A stretch of DNA of 64,000 nt from an uncultured Algimonas sp. (GTDB taxonomy: Bacteria > Pseudomonadota > Alphaproteobacteria > Caulobacterales > Maricaulaceae), in contig CALDUL010000029.1 of the NCBI GenBank assembly GCA_937923575.1, forward strand, positions 12,995-76,994, written 5' to 3'. The notes below the pieces were generated by a model that saw nothing but the letters and a program-made list of their open reading frames with translations, was not told the DNA's origin and searched no databases. Made by a program: the position numbers and the translations under genes. Shown here piece after piece: positions 18,641 through 28,494 of the stretch; the stretch's first letter is position 1, and each line of letters opens with the position of its first letter.

Positions 18641-20537
18641 ATATGGTCTGCGCCAGCTTTTGGCTGACGCCCTCCACCGCGGAAAGTTGCGACACGGCGG
18701 CCCCTTTGACCGCCTTGGCCGAACCAAAATGCGCCAGCAGCGCACGTTTTCGTCCCGGACCCACACCGGGAATACCATCCAATGGGTTTGACTTCATGTT
18801 CTTTTTTCGACGCGCGCGATGGGTCCCGATTGCGAAGCGATGCGCCTCGTCGCGCAGGCGTTGCAGATAATACATCGCCGGGTTGCGCGGCGGCAGGGTG
18901 AAGGGATCTCGGCCGTTCATGTAGAACGTCTCTCGCCCCGCATTGCGTTCCGGCCCCTTGGCGATGGCGACAAGCGTTATGCGGCCAAGCACGCCGAGTT
19001 CCCGCAAGACGCCGGTCACGGCCGAGAGCTGCCCCTTGCCGCCGTCGATCAGCACGAGTTCAGGCCATTCCAGCGTGTCATCCTTGACCAATCGCGAGAA
19101 GCGCCGCTCCAGCACTTCGCGCATCATGCCGAAGTCGTCATTGCGGATGTCCTCGCCCTTGATGTTGAAGGTGCGGTAGTCGCGCTTGCGCATGCCCTCC
19201 GGCCCCGCGACGATGAACGCGCCAATGGCGTGGCTGCCCTGGTTGTGGCTGTTGTCATAGACTTCGATGCGCTGCGGTGGGGCGTCCATGCCGAATAGCT
19301 CGCGCACGTCTTCCAGCAGTTTGGCCTGATTTTTTGTCTCCGCCATGCGTCGGCCGAGCGCTTCCTGCGCATTTCGATAGGCTGTATCGAGCAGCTTTTT
19401 CTTCTCACCGCGCAAGGGCCGCGCCACCTCGATTGCGCGGTCCGCGCGCTCAGACAGCGCCTCCCGGACCAGGTTGATGTGCGGCAGGTCGTGGTTGACG
19501 AAAATCGACTTCGGGATCGGCTTGTCGGAGTAGAATTGCGCGATAAAGGCTTCCAGCACCTCGCCCTCGTCCTGATCCTTGTCGTGGCGCGGGAAATGCG
19601 CGGAGTTGCCCCAATTCTGCCCAGCTCGGAAAAAGAAGACCTGGACGCAGCTCTGCCCGCCCGCGCTGTGTATCGCGATGACGTCGCCATCGCTGAACGT
19701 CTGCGGGTTGATCTTGCCGAGATTGCTGTTGTTGATTTTCGCCAGCGCGCGCAATCGGTCTCGCAACTCGCCCGCCTTCTCGAAGCGCATCTGCTTGGAG
19801 GCCGCTTCCATCTCCCCTTGCAGGCGCTTGGCGAGATTGTCCGAACGGCCTTTCAGAAAGTCTTCCGCATCCGTGACGAGCGTGCCGTATTCCTCGATCG
19901 GAATGACGCCGGTGCACGGCGCGGAGCAGCGCTTGATCTGATATTGCAGGCAGGGGCGAGTGCGACTTTCGTAGATGCTATCGCTGCAGTTACGCAGGCG
20001 AAAGGCACGCTGTAGCGTGTCCAGCGTGCGGTTGACCGCACCGGCACTCGCAAACGGGCCGTAATAGTCGCCCTTGATGGTCTTCGCACCGCGATGCTTC
20101 ACAACCTGCGCCGCCTCGTGGTCCTTGCGCACCAGAATGTAGGGAAAGCTTTTGTCGTCGCGAAGCAGGATGTTGTAGCGCGGCTTGAGCCGCTTGATCA
20201 GCTGCGCTTCCAGCAGCAGGGCCTCGACCTCGCTCTCCGTGACGACGAATTCCATATTGGCCGTCGCGCGGATCATCCGGCGCAGCCGCGTCGGATGGCG
20301 GTCGTAATTGGTGTAGGCCGTAACGCGCTTCTTCAGGTCTTTCGCCTTACCCACATAGAGCACCGTCCCGTGCTCGTCGGTCATGCGGTAGACACCCGGC
20401 TTGTTGGGCAGACGGCGGACATAGTCCTTTATCCGCTCCGGTCCCGTCTTGCGCATACGAACGTCGGACAGCTTTGTGGCCTGCTCGGCATTGTCGCCGA
20501 GTTCCGTGACGGGGGTGACTGATTCGTGCGGGTTCAC
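18624..20537 (-). CDS. uvrC: Excinuclease ABC subunit C
   Basis: GIY-YIG (PGVYRM..LYVGKAK), RIEVYDNSH, LIDGGKGQL, RDEAHRFAI, HhH. Confidence 0.97.
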   Translation of the reverse strand: MNPHESVTPVTELGDNAEQATKLSDVRMRKTGPERIKDYVRRLPNKPGVYRMTDEHGTVLYVGKAKDLKKRVTAYTNYDRHPTRLRRMIRATANMEFVVTESEVEALLLEAQLIKRLKPRYNILLRDDKSFPYILVRKDHEAAQVVKHRGAKTIKGDYYGPFASAGAVNRTLDTLQRAFRLRNCSDSIYESRTRPCLQYQIKRCSAPCTGVIPIEEYGTLVTDAEDFLKGRSDNLAKRLQGEMEAASKQMRFEKAGELRDRLRALAKINNSNLGKINPQTFSDGDVIAIHSAGGQSCVQVFFFRAGQNWGNSAHFPRHDKDQDEGEVLEAFIAQFYSDKPIPKSIFVNHDLPHINLVREALSERADRAIEVARPLRGEKKKLLDTAYRNAQEALGRRMAETKNQAKLLEDVRELFGMDAPPQRIEVYDNSHNQGSHAIGAFIVAGPEGMRKRDYRTFNIKGEDIRNDDFGMMREVLERRFSRLVKDDTLEWPELVLIDGGKGQLSAVTGVLRELGVLGRITLVAIAKGPERNAGRETFYMNGRDPFTLPPRNPAMYYLQRLRDEAHRFAIGTHRARRKKNMKSNPLDGIPGVGPGRKRALLAHFGSAKAVKGAAVSQLSAVEGVSQKLAQTIYDYFH

Positions 20538-20547
20538 ACGACGATAG

Positions 20548-20934
20548 CTAGGAGTCGCGGGGCTCTACTGCAAACTGCTGGAGTGTAGAAAGTGTCACAC
20601 GCTCCAGCGCGATCTGGTGGGTGGCCTCCAGCACCACACGCGGTGCAGCTCCGGCTTTGTGGGCCTCACGCCATCGTTCCAGACACAGGCACCATTGATC
20701 GCCAGCCTTCAGCCCGGGAAAGCGGTACTGCGGCATGGGCGTCGTGAGGTCGTTCCCACGCGACTTGGAAAACGCCAGAAACTCATCTGTCATCACAGCA
20801 CACACGATGTGACGCCCCCGGTCCTGCGCCCCCGTCTCGCAACACCCATCGCGAAACCACCCCGTCATCGGCTCGGTGGAGCAGGACTGCAGCGGCGTGC
20901 CGAGCACGTTGAGAGAGCCGAAGCGGGAGGTCAT
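20548..20934 (-). CDS. DUF2237 family protein
   Basis: NVLGTPLQSCS.EPMTGWFRDGCC, GNDLTTP, GDQWCLC; ATGA overlap with folB. Confidence 0.85.
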   Translation of the reverse strand: MTSRFGSLNVLGTPLQSCSTEPMTGWFRDGCCETGAQDRGRHIVCAVMTDEFLAFSKSRGNDLTTPMPQYRFPGLKAGDQWCLCLERWREAHKAGAAPRVVLEATHQIALERVTLSTLQQFAVEPRDS

Positions 20935-21335
20935 CGCGCCTTCACGATCTCGACGCCCGCAAAGTCGGCTTTCAGAAGCGCTTGCGGTTTGCTGATGGAG
21001 ACGGAGACCCGTTGCACCCGCGCGTCCTCGGCCAGCGCCCAGTCGCAAATGCGCTCGGCGAGAGTTTCGACCAGCTGGACATGGGCCGCGACGGCTATCT
21101 CTTCTGCCTTGGCAGCGACAGTGGCGTAGTCGAGCGTCTCGGCGAGCTTGTCGTGCTCCGGAAGCGCCATATCGCCCATGTCGAGTTCGATATCCATGAC
21201 GATAGGCTGGGTGCTCTCGTGCTCGTGGGGGTGCACGCCGATAGACGCCTGAATCAGCAGGCCGCGCACGAAAATGCGGGTCGCCGTGCCGGGGCTCTGG
21301 CGGACGAAACGCTTAAGGAGGGGGCGGCTAGACAT
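20931..21335 (-). CDS. folB: Dihydroneopterin aldolase
   Basis: IGVHPHE, LDYA, LVETLAE, SKP motifs. Confidence 0.88.
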   Translation of the reverse strand: MSSRPLLKRFVRQSPGTATRIFVRGLLIQASIGVHPHEHESTQPIVMDIELDMGDMALPEHDKLAETLDYATVAAKAEEIAVAAHVQLVETLAERICDWALAEDARVQRVSVSISKPQALLKADFAGVEIVKAR

Positions 21336-22050
21336 CTGATATTTCTTCGAAGTTGAGGTGCTGACCGCCGTCGACGGCGATCATCTGGCCCGTGACCGAG
21401 GTCGCGCTGAGCAGATAGCGCACGGCGTTCAGTATTTCGTCGGGTGGGGAGCCATTGCCAAGCAGGGTCGAGAGCTTCTCTCGCTCGAACTCATCGACCG
21501 ACTGGGTGTGATTTCGCAGCGTTGGACCTGGCCCCACACCGTTGACGCGCACGTCGGGTGCATAGGCCTGCGCCATTGTCTTGGTCGCCCACAAAAGGCC
21601 GGCCTTGGCGATGCCGTAGGTAAAGAACTCCGGCACGGGACGCAGCACGCGCTGGTCGATCATGTTGATGATCGCGCCCTGCCCCGGCGCTTGGGCGGCG
21701 AAGTCACGCGACAGATGCAAAGCAGCACGCAGATTGACATCGATGTGGTGGTCGAAAGAGCCATTGGACCACTCACCCGCCGTGTCCAGGTCGAATGTCG
21801 AAGCGTTGTTGATCAGCGCATAGAGCGGACTGCCGAGAGCTTGGCGCGCGCGCTGCACGAGCGACGCGACATCGCCCGGCACCATGAGGTTGGCCTTGAC
21901 CGCGACGCCGTCGATGTCCCTCGCCAGCCCTTCAGCGGGTGCGGCGGACGTGCGGTAGTGAATGCAGACCCGCCAACCATCACTCGCCAAACCGCGCGCG
22001 ATATGCGCGCCGATGCGGGCCGCGCCGCCGGTAATCAAGACTGTCTTCAA
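21328..22050 (-). CDS. SDR oxidoreductase, pteridine reductase/FolM-like
   Basis: TGGAARIG, INNAS, YGIAK catalytic motif; adjacent to folB. Confidence 0.85.
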   Translation of the reverse strand: MKTVLITGGAARIGAHIARGLASDGWRVCIHYRTSAAPAEGLARDIDGVAVKANLMVPGDVASLVQRARQALGSPLYALINNASTFDLDTAGEWSNGSFDHHIDVNLRAALHLSRDFAAQAPGQGAIINMIDQRVLRPVPEFFTYGIAKAGLLWATKTMAQAYAPDVRVNGVGPGPTLRNHTQSVDEFEREKLSTLLGNGSPPDEILNAVRYLLSATSVTGQMIAVDGGQHLNFEEISDV

Positions 22051-22412
22051 GACGCGAACACTCTAGCGCGCTCGCCGCAACTCGGTCGGCCGACTTCAAC
22101 GCAGGATAATCCAGGAAGCTGAGGCGCGAGCCTCTCCATGATCCAGGCGGCAATCTGCTCCAGCGCGGGCTGCTCCAGCCCCTCGACTTCGTTAAGCAGC
22201 ACATGATCGAGCTGGTCGGTGACGGACTTCACGATCTGTTCGATCTTCCACAGATCACGGATCCAGCCCTTTTCTTCCTGGGTGTCGCCCTGGATGGTCA
22301 CAGTCCCGCGGAAGCTATGGCCGTGCACCTTCTTGAACAGGTCGTTGGCGTCCGCGTGGCCGAAGTAGTGGGCGGCCTCGAAGGTGAAATCCTTTTCGAT
22401 CTCGAAACGCAT
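22047..22412 (-). CDS. queD: 6-carboxytetrahydropterin synthase
   Basis: FTFEAAH, HGHSF, LDHVLLN; start at ATG 22412 (TAATG overlap). Confidence 0.85.
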   Translation of the reverse strand: MRFEIEKDFTFEAAHYFGHADANDLFKKVHGHSFRGTVTIQGDTQEEKGWIRDLWKIEQIVKSVTDQLDHVLLNEVEGLEQPALEQIAAWIMERLAPQLPGLSCVEVGRPSCGERARVFAS

Positions 22413-23380
22413 TAGACGTTGGCGAGCACGATGGCGGCCATATAGGCGACATAGGCCAGGACGAAAACCGCGCCCGTCTTGCGACCAATCGGCTGTCGCC
22501 GCAGCACATAGGCGAGCAGCGCAAATGTCACGATAATCATGACCCAAAAATCGAAGGCATAGAGCTGCGGCTCAACCATAACAGGTCCTGCCAGCGCTGC
22601 ACCGCCGCCCACGGCCAGCAGGTTGAACACATTGGAGCCCAGCACATTGCCGAGGGCGACGTCGCTATGTCCGCGCAGGCTCGCGACGACAACTGTTGTG
22701 ATCTCGGGCAGGCTCGTGCCGATCGCGACGACGGTCAAGCCGATGACGGTTTCAGAGACGCCAAAACCGCCAGCGACGATGATTGCATTGTTCACAATCA
22801 GCTCGCCGCCGATGAACAGACCGACGAGACCCGCGATGACATAGACGAAGTCGGTGATAACGGATTTCGGCAGGCCGTCGCGGCCCTCCTCGATTTCGCG
22901 CATTTCCTCCAGGATCGTGTCGTCCGCGCCCGATTTGGCGAGCAGGAACATGTAGAAGAGATAAAGCACGATGCCGCCGAACAGGATCGCGCCTTGCCAG
23001 CGGGCCATCGGATTGCCGATCATGGCCAGCGCTATGAAAAGTATCGTCGCCACGACGGCGATAAAGGTGTTGCGCGCAACGCCGGTCATATTCGTCGGGA
23101 TCGCCATAATCAGGGCGGGCAGGCCCAGTGCGAGCAGGATGTTGGCAATGTTGGAGCCTACGATGTTACCCACCGCCATCTGGCCGACACCGTCCAGCAC
23201 GGCATTAACGCTGACGACAAGCTCCGGCGCGGACGTGCCGAAAGCGACGATGGTCAGACCCACGATCAGCGCGGGCACGCCCCAATGGCGCGCGAGCGCG
23301 GCCGCACCGCGCACAAGCACATCGCCGGCCACGACCAGCACCACAATGCCAGCGATAAGGAGAAGGATAGGTATCAGCAT
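22412..23380 (-). CDS. Calcium/sodium antiporter (YrbG family)
   Basis: Two alpha repeats GTSAPE / GTSLPE and GSNIAN / GSNVFN. Confidence 0.92.
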   Translation of the reverse strand: MLIPILLLIAGIVVLVVAGDVLVRGAAALARHWGVPALIVGLTIVAFGTSAPELVVSVNAVLDGVGQMAVGNIVGSNIANILLALGLPALIMAIPTNMTGVARNTFIAVVATILFIALAMIGNPMARWQGAILFGGIVLYLFYMFLLAKSGADDTILEEMREIEEGRDGLPKSVITDFVYVIAGLVGLFIGGELIVNNAIIVAGGFGVSETVIGLTVVAIGTSLPEITTVVVASLRGHSDVALGNVLGSNVFNLLAVGGGAALAGPVMVEPQLYAFDFWVMIIVTFALLAYVLRRQPIGRKTGAVFVLAYVAYMAAIVLANV

Positions 23381-23414
23381 GTCAGAGCCGAGCGCATCTG
23401 CGCTTCGGAGCGTC

Positions 23415-23546
23415 CTAGTCGATGCGCTTCTTGTCGATGTAATTCAGCACGGCGAAAGCACCGAAAATCAGCGCAAAGGCAAGCAGGGCCGGATCGATGT
23501 GAAACAGGCCGAAAACGCTAACGCCTGCTTGGATGATGTTGGCCAT
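23415..23546 (-). CDS. Putative 43-aa small membrane protein
   Basis: MANIIQAGVSVFGLFHIDPALLAFALIFGAFAVLNYIDKKRID; one TM followed by a charged tail; fills the gap upstream of the antiporter. Confidence 0.55.
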   Translation of the reverse strand: MANIIQAGVSVFGLFHIDPALLAFALIFGAFAVLNYIDKKRID

Positions 23547-23738
23547 GACTTGTCCGTCCGTCTTTCTCGCGGTTTGCCCGCAGTCCAATCTCGCGCGCCC
23601 ATAGCGGCGCAACCTCGCACATGGAAGTATGAATGCGACCGGATGCAGTTCCGACGCAGCCGCATCGGAGCATTGAATTGCGCTTGCAAACAGTGGCCCT
23701 TGCCCACTACCCATGCGGCTCAATCACTGGAGACTCAC

Positions 23739-24194
23739 ATGTTCGGAATGATCCCTTTCGTCAAAGCGGCAGGCCACAGCCTCGGCAAGATTTTCGGCGG
23801 CAAGGACGCCAAGGAGAAGCTGGAGAAAGAGGTCAAGGGCTATGACCTCGACACCACTGGCATAGATATGGATGTGGCGGATGACGGCACGATCACGATC
23901 AAAGGCGAAGCCGTCAGCCAAGAGATGAAGGAAAAGATCATCCTCGCCGTGGGCAATGTCGAGGGCGTCGGCGGTGTCAGGGACGAAGCGGGCACCAAGG
24001 TCGCCGGCCGCGCATCGCGTTTCCACACGGTCGAATCCGGCGACACTCTGTCCGCGATTTCAAAGACGTATTACGGAACGTGGAAGCTTTACCCGGAGAT
24101 CTTTGAGGCAAATAAGCCGATGCTGAGCGATCCGGACAAGATCTATCCAGGCCAGGTGCTGCGTATTCCGGACCTGAAGACGGCCTCCGCCTAG
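23739..24194 (+). CDS. BON-LysM protein (Kbp/YgaU-like)
   Basis: KEKIILAVGNVEGV, HTVESGDTLSAIS, IFEANKPMLSDPDKIYPGQVLRIP; GGAG RBS. Confidence 0.92.
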   Translation: MFGMIPFVKAAGHSLGKIFGGKDAKEKLEKEVKGYDLDTTGIDMDVADDGTITIKGEAVSQEMKEKIILAVGNVEGVGGVRDEAGTKVAGRASRFHTVESGDTLSAISKTYYGTWKLYPEIFEANKPMLSDPDKIYPGQVLRIPDLKTASA

Positions 24195-24216
24195 GACACG
24201 CCGAAGACACGAATCG

Positions 24217-24246
24217 AAAAGGCCGCCCATTGAGGCGGCCTTTTTT
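24217..24246. terminator. Bidirectional intrinsic terminator
   Basis: AAAA-GGCCGCC-loop-GGCGGCC-TTTTTT between convergent genes. Confidence 0.85.
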
Positions 24247-24279
24247 GTGGCAGTCGAGTGGAGTGCGCCTTGGCGTCAC

Positions 24280-24543
24280 CTATTTCTTCGAAGAGGCCTT
24301 CCTCGCTGGCGCCTTACGCTTTGGCTTCGCGGCCTTCAGTGTCTCGATTTCGGCGAGGGCCGCATCCAGTCGTGCCTTCAACACATCGAACTCGTCACGC
24401 GTCACCAAATCCATATCGGCGATGAATTTTTCCGCCTGACTGCGGGTCATGGCTTTGATCTCGTCGCCGACACCCTTGGCCGCGCCCACGGCATTGGCCA
24501 TTAGATTGGACAGGTCTTCGAGCGGTTTGGACTTCGATTGCAT
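24280..24543 (-). CDS. Accessory factor UbiK family protein
   Basis: MDLVTRDEFDVLK motif; AAGGAG RBS before ATG 24543. Confidence 0.85.
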   Translation of the reverse strand: MQSKSKPLEDLSNLMANAVGAAKGVGDEIKAMTRSQAEKFIADMDLVTRDEFDVLKARLDAALAEIETLKAAKPKRKAPARKASSKK

Positions 24544-24624
24544 GGCGGCTCTCCTTTGTTCCTCAACGATATAAGCGCGCAAAATCGGGTTACAACGTCT
24601 GCCGGCCTGCGCTAAGCGGCGGGC

Positions 24625-25533
24625 GTGATCGCACTCATCGACATAATAGCCGCCATCCGCTTTCCGGAGTGGATATCCGAGGACGCCATCCGCATCGGCT
24701 CGTTCTCGGTGAAATGGTACGGCCTCGCTTATATGGCCGGGCTGTTCTGCGCCTATCTCTATGCGTCGAAAGTTGCGGAAAGCCGCAAATACTGGCTCCC
24801 GGCTGGCCCTACGCGCGGAGGCTCCAAGGTGCCGACGCGCGACGATCTATCCGACCTGATGCTCTATTGCCTGATCGGCATCATTGCTGGTGGACGCCTT
24901 GGCTACATTCTCCTCTATTCGACCAGCACGATCTGGACGGATCCGCTGGACATCGTGCTCGGCATCCGCGGCGGCGGGATGAGCTTTCACGGCGGCTTCC
25001 TCGGCGTTTGTGCCGCTGTCGCCTATGCACACTGGCGAAAGGGTATCGAATACATGCGGCTCGCCGACCTCGCCTGGATCGGTGCGCCGATCGGCTTGGG
25101 ACTCGTGCGGATCACCAACTTTATGAACCAGGAACTCTACGGCCACCCGACCGACATGCCGTGGGGCGTGATCTTTCCCAAAGCTCCCGACAGCGCACCG
25201 CGCCATCCGTCGCAGCTCTATGAGGCCGCGCTGGAAGGCCTCGTGCTCTGGCTCATCCTGCGCTTCGTGACGACGCGCGGCGGGCTGACGAAACCGGGGC
25301 TGGTCACAGGGCTCGGCGTTGCGGGCTACGGCGTTTTCCGATTCTTCATCGAGTTTTTCCGCACGCCCGATCCGATCGCGCAATTCGGCCTGCTGACGCG
25401 CGGCATGGCCTACAGCCTGCCCATGGTCGTGGTCGGGGCAGCCGTGGCGTTCTGGGCCTGGCGGCGCGAGGCCGTCGATCCGGTCTACGCCCGCCTCGCC
25501 GCCAAAGAGGTTGAGGACAAAGCGGAAGCGTGA
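24625..25533 (+). CDS. lgt: Prolipoprotein diacylglyceryl transferase
   Basis: WYGLAY, GGRLGY, GGMSFHGG, RHPSQLYE. Confidence 0.95.
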   Translation: MIALIDIIAAIRFPEWISEDAIRIGSFSVKWYGLAYMAGLFCAYLYASKVAESRKYWLPAGPTRGGSKVPTRDDLSDLMLYCLIGIIAGGRLGYILLYSTSTIWTDPLDIVLGIRGGGMSFHGGFLGVCAAVAYAHWRKGIEYMRLADLAWIGAPIGLGLVRITNFMNQELYGHPTDMPWGVIFPKAPDSAPRHPSQLYEAALEGLVLWLILRFVTTRGGLTKPGLVTGLGVAGYGVFRFFIEFFRTPDPIAQFGLLTRGMAYSLPMVVVGAAVAFWAWRREAVDPVYARLAAKEVEDKAEA

Positions 25534-26633
25534 GCACGCCGCTGGAGCAACGCATCCGGGCGCGCATCCGCGAGACCGGACCAATTAGTGTTGCGGAGTA
25601 TATGACACTCTGCCTGCTCGACCCAGTCGATGGCTATTACCCGACACGCGATCCGCTTGGGTCTGACGGCGACTTTATCACCGCGCCGGAGATCAGCCAG
25701 ATTTTCGGCGAATGTCTCGGCCTGTGGGCGGTGCAGAGCTGGGAGGATATGGGGCGGCCCGAGAGCTTCAACCTCGTCGAGCTCGGCCCGGGCCGCGGCG
25801 TGATGATGGCGGACATTCTGCGCGTGGTCAGTCTTGAGCCAGCGTGCAAGGCGGCGTGTTCCGTCGTGCTGATCGAAGCCTCTCCCGCTCTTCAGGCCGT
25901 CCAGGCCAAGACGCTCGGCCGATCGGGTTTCCAGGTCATGTGGGCCGACAGGATAGAGGCACTCAGCGTTGAGCCGACTTTGATCATCGGGAATGAATAT
26001 CTCGACTGCCTCCCCGTGCGGCAGTTTATCTGCACGGATCCGTTTGCAGGGGATAAAGGCTGGAGCGAGCGACGCGTCGGCGCAGACGATAACGGCTTGC
26101 GGTTCGAGACGGATGGTCAGCCAATCAGCGAAGCCACGGCCGCGCTCTTTCCCGGCACGCACGAGACCCCAAAGCTGGACGACCTACTGGAGGTCTGCCC
26201 TGCCGCCGAACAATTGACCGATCACCTCGCCACGCTGTTTTCCATGGCCCCCGGCCGAGCTCTATTCATCGACTACGGCCCTGAAACCTCGAGTTTCGGC
26301 GATACGCTGCAGGCGCTGAAGCGGCATGAAAAGGTTGGCGTGTTCGAGGCGCCCGGCGATACGGACCTCACCGCGCGGGTTGACTTCGAAGGCCTCTCTT
26401 CCCTCGCCGAAACTGCCGGGCTCGACGTCCAAGGCCCCGATACGCAGCGTGCCTTCCTTTCGCGCCTGGGCCTTGAACTTCGCGCCGTCGCCCTGCTCCG
26501 CGCCCATCCGGACGCCAAGCCCAAGCTCGCGCGCCAGCTGCACCGCCTGACCGATGAGGACGAGATGGGCACGCTATTCAAGGCGATCTGCCTCAGCGCA
26601 AAAGGCCTGCCGCATCCCTTGGGGTTTGCGTGA
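25530..26633 (+). CDS. SAM-dependent methyltransferase, MidA/NDUFAF7 family
   Basis: GDFITAPEISQIFGE, ELGPGRG, IDYG, DLTARVDF, MGTLFK. Confidence 0.92.
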   Translation: MSTPLEQRIRARIRETGPISVAEYMTLCLLDPVDGYYPTRDPLGSDGDFITAPEISQIFGECLGLWAVQSWEDMGRPESFNLVELGPGRGVMMADILRVVSLEPACKAACSVVLIEASPALQAVQAKTLGRSGFQVMWADRIEALSVEPTLIIGNEYLDCLPVRQFICTDPFAGDKGWSERRVGADDNGLRFETDGQPISEATAALFPGTHETPKLDDLLEVCPAAEQLTDHLATLFSMAPGRALFIDYGPETSSFGDTLQALKRHEKVGVFEAPGDTDLTARVDFEGLSSLAETAGLDVQGPDTQRAFLSRLGLELRAVALLRAHPDAKPKLARQLHRLTDEDEMGTLFKAICLSAKGLPHPLGFA

Positions 26634-27376
26634 GCGTTCCGTACCAGACTCACGACCGCCTACCCGTTCCGCATGGCTTCTTCGGGCGCGAGGGCGGCGT
26701 GAGCGAAGGCGTCTACGCAACCTTGAATGCTGGCCAGAATTCAAAGGACGATCCCGCCCGCGTCGCGGAAAACCGCCAGCGCATTTGCATGGCGCTTGGT
26801 GCCGACCATCTCGTCAGTCTCAGCCAGATCCACTCCGACGTTGTCCATATCATCGACGCAGCGCCAACGGAAACGCTGCAAGGCGACGGCTTTGTCACAC
26901 GTGTTCCCGAGATCGCCATCAGCGCATTATCGGCCGATTGTGGGCCGATCCTTTTCATCGACGAAAAGGCCGGGGTCATTGGCGCCTGCCACGCCGGGTG
27001 GCGCGGCGCGGTCGGAGGAATAATCGAGAGCACGGTCGCGGCCATGTGCGAGCTGGGCGCGTCGCCCGCGCAGACAAAGGCTGTGCTCGGCCCGACGATA
27101 AGCCAGGCAAATTACGAGGTCGGCGCGAAATGGAAAGCTGAGCGGTTGGACGAGGGAATCGATGCGCGCTTCTTTGCTGACGGGCCGAGCAGCACGCCGC
27201 ATTTCGACCTGCCCGCCTTTATCCTGTCTCGGCTAAAGGCTTGCGGGGTCGCGGGCACATGGACTGGCGACTGCACCTACGCCAACCCCACCCGCTACCA
27301 CAGCTACCGCCGCAACACCCACAACGGCGAAAGCCGCTATGGGCGCAACATATCCGCAATTATGCTCGCCCCCTGA
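26630..27376 (+). CDS. pgeF: YfiH/PgeF laccase-domain protein (purine nucleoside phosphorylase)
   Basis: QIHS, SADCGP, HAGWRG, CTY..SYRR. Confidence 0.9.
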   Translation: MSVPYQTHDRLPVPHGFFGREGGVSEGVYATLNAGQNSKDDPARVAENRQRICMALGADHLVSLSQIHSDVVHIIDAAPTETLQGDGFVTRVPEIAISALSADCGPILFIDEKAGVIGACHAGWRGAVGGIIESTVAAMCELGASPAQTKAVLGPTISQANYEVGAKWKAERLDEGIDARFFADGPSSTPHFDLPAFILSRLKACGVAGTWTGDCTYANPTRYHSYRRNTHNGESRYGRNISAIMLAP

Positions 27377-27433
27377 CTAGCCGCGCCCATGCCCCGCCGC
27401 TAAGCGCAGCTCAGCTCTAGTAAGGTCCTCTCC

Positions 27434-28375
27434 ATGAAGCTCATCAGCGGCACGTCCAATCCGAGGCTCGCAGCCGATATCGCGGACGTCCTCGACGTCC
27501 CCTTGACCAACGTCGATATCGAACGCTTCCGCGATCAGGAGATTTTCGCCAAGATCAACGAGAACGTTCGCGGCGAAGACATATTCCTGATCCAGCCGAC
27601 CAGCGCGCCGGCTAACGACCATTTGATGGAGCTGCTGATTCTCATCGACGCGCTCGTCCGGGCGTCCGCGCAGCGGATAACGGCGGTGGTCCCCTATTAC
27701 GGCTATGCTCGGCAGGACCGAAAGACAGGTGGACGCACGCCGATCTCAGCGAAGCTCGTCGCCAACCTCATTGCGCGCGCCGGGGCCGATCGGGTTCTCA
27801 CTGTCGATCTCCACGCAGGACAGATTCAGGGGTTTTTCGACATCCCGACCGACAATCTGTTCGGCCAGCCGGTCTTCGTCGCCGACATCAAGGACCAGAT
27901 GTCCAAGAAGGACCGCGACGATCTGATGTTCGTATCGCCCGATACGGGCGGCGTGGTGAGGACGCGCTCCATTGCCAAGCAATTCAATGCCGACATCGCC
28001 ATTGTCGACAAGCGCCGACCCAAAGCGGGCGAGAGCGAAGTGATGAACATCATCGGCGACGTCGCGGGTCGCAATTGCATACTCTATGATGACATCATCG
28101 ACTCAGGCGGCACCATTGCCAATGCAGCTGCGGCTCTGAAGGACCACGGCGCTAGCAGCGTTTCGGCCTACATCACCCACGGTGTGCTGTCCGGCCCGGC
28201 CGTCGAGCGGATCACCAACTCCCAGCTGAAGGAAGTCGTGATCCTCGACACAATTTCCCAGCCGGATGCGGTGAAGGCCTGCAGCAAGATCCGTGAGCTG
28301 AGCGCGTCGAAGTTGCTTGGCGAGGCAATCCGGCGGATCGCGAATGATGAGAGCGTGAGCAAGCTGTTTGGCTGA
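27434..28375 (+). CDS. prs: Ribose-phosphate pyrophosphokinase
   Basis: [31 protein letters not shown]. Confidence 0.97.
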   Translation: MKLISGTSNPRLAADIADVLDVPLTNVDIERFRDQEIFAKINENVRGEDIFLIQPTSAPANDHLMELLILIDALVRASAQRITAVVPYYGYARQDRKTGGRTPISAKLVANLIARAGADRVLTVDLHAGQIQGFFDIPTDNLFGQPVFVADIKDQMSKKDRDDLMFVSPDTGGVVRTRSIAKQFNADIAIVDKRRPKAGESEVMNIIGDVAGRNCILYDDIIDSGGTIANAAAALKDHGASSVSAYITHGVLSGPAVERITNSQLKEVVILDTISQPDAVKACSKIRELSASKLLGEAIRRIANDESVSKLFG

Positions 28376-28456
28376 GGACCGCTCTCGCGCGCAGCGACCG
28401 CGCTGAGTCACGACGGTTGCTATCTCTATCGTCCTGCTCTATCGCGCCCGCGAACC

Positions 28457-28494
28457 AGCCGCCCTTCTTTTCGGGGCGGCTTATCTTTTAGTTT
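28457..28494 (+). terminator. GC-rich hairpin + T-rich tail between prs and rplY (terminator or rplY leader element)
   Basis: AGCCGCCC...GGGCGGCT followed by TATCTTTTAGTTT. Confidence 0.55.

Noticed and set aside
20500-20620. LexA box (GTTC-N7-GTTC) upstream of uvrC; also checked upstream of recQ
   Set aside because: No correctly spaced direct repeat found by eye.
22971-23738. N-terminal 256 aa of the 407-aa LysM ORF
   Set aside because: Antisense to the antiporter; the true start is ATG 23739 with a GGAG RBS.
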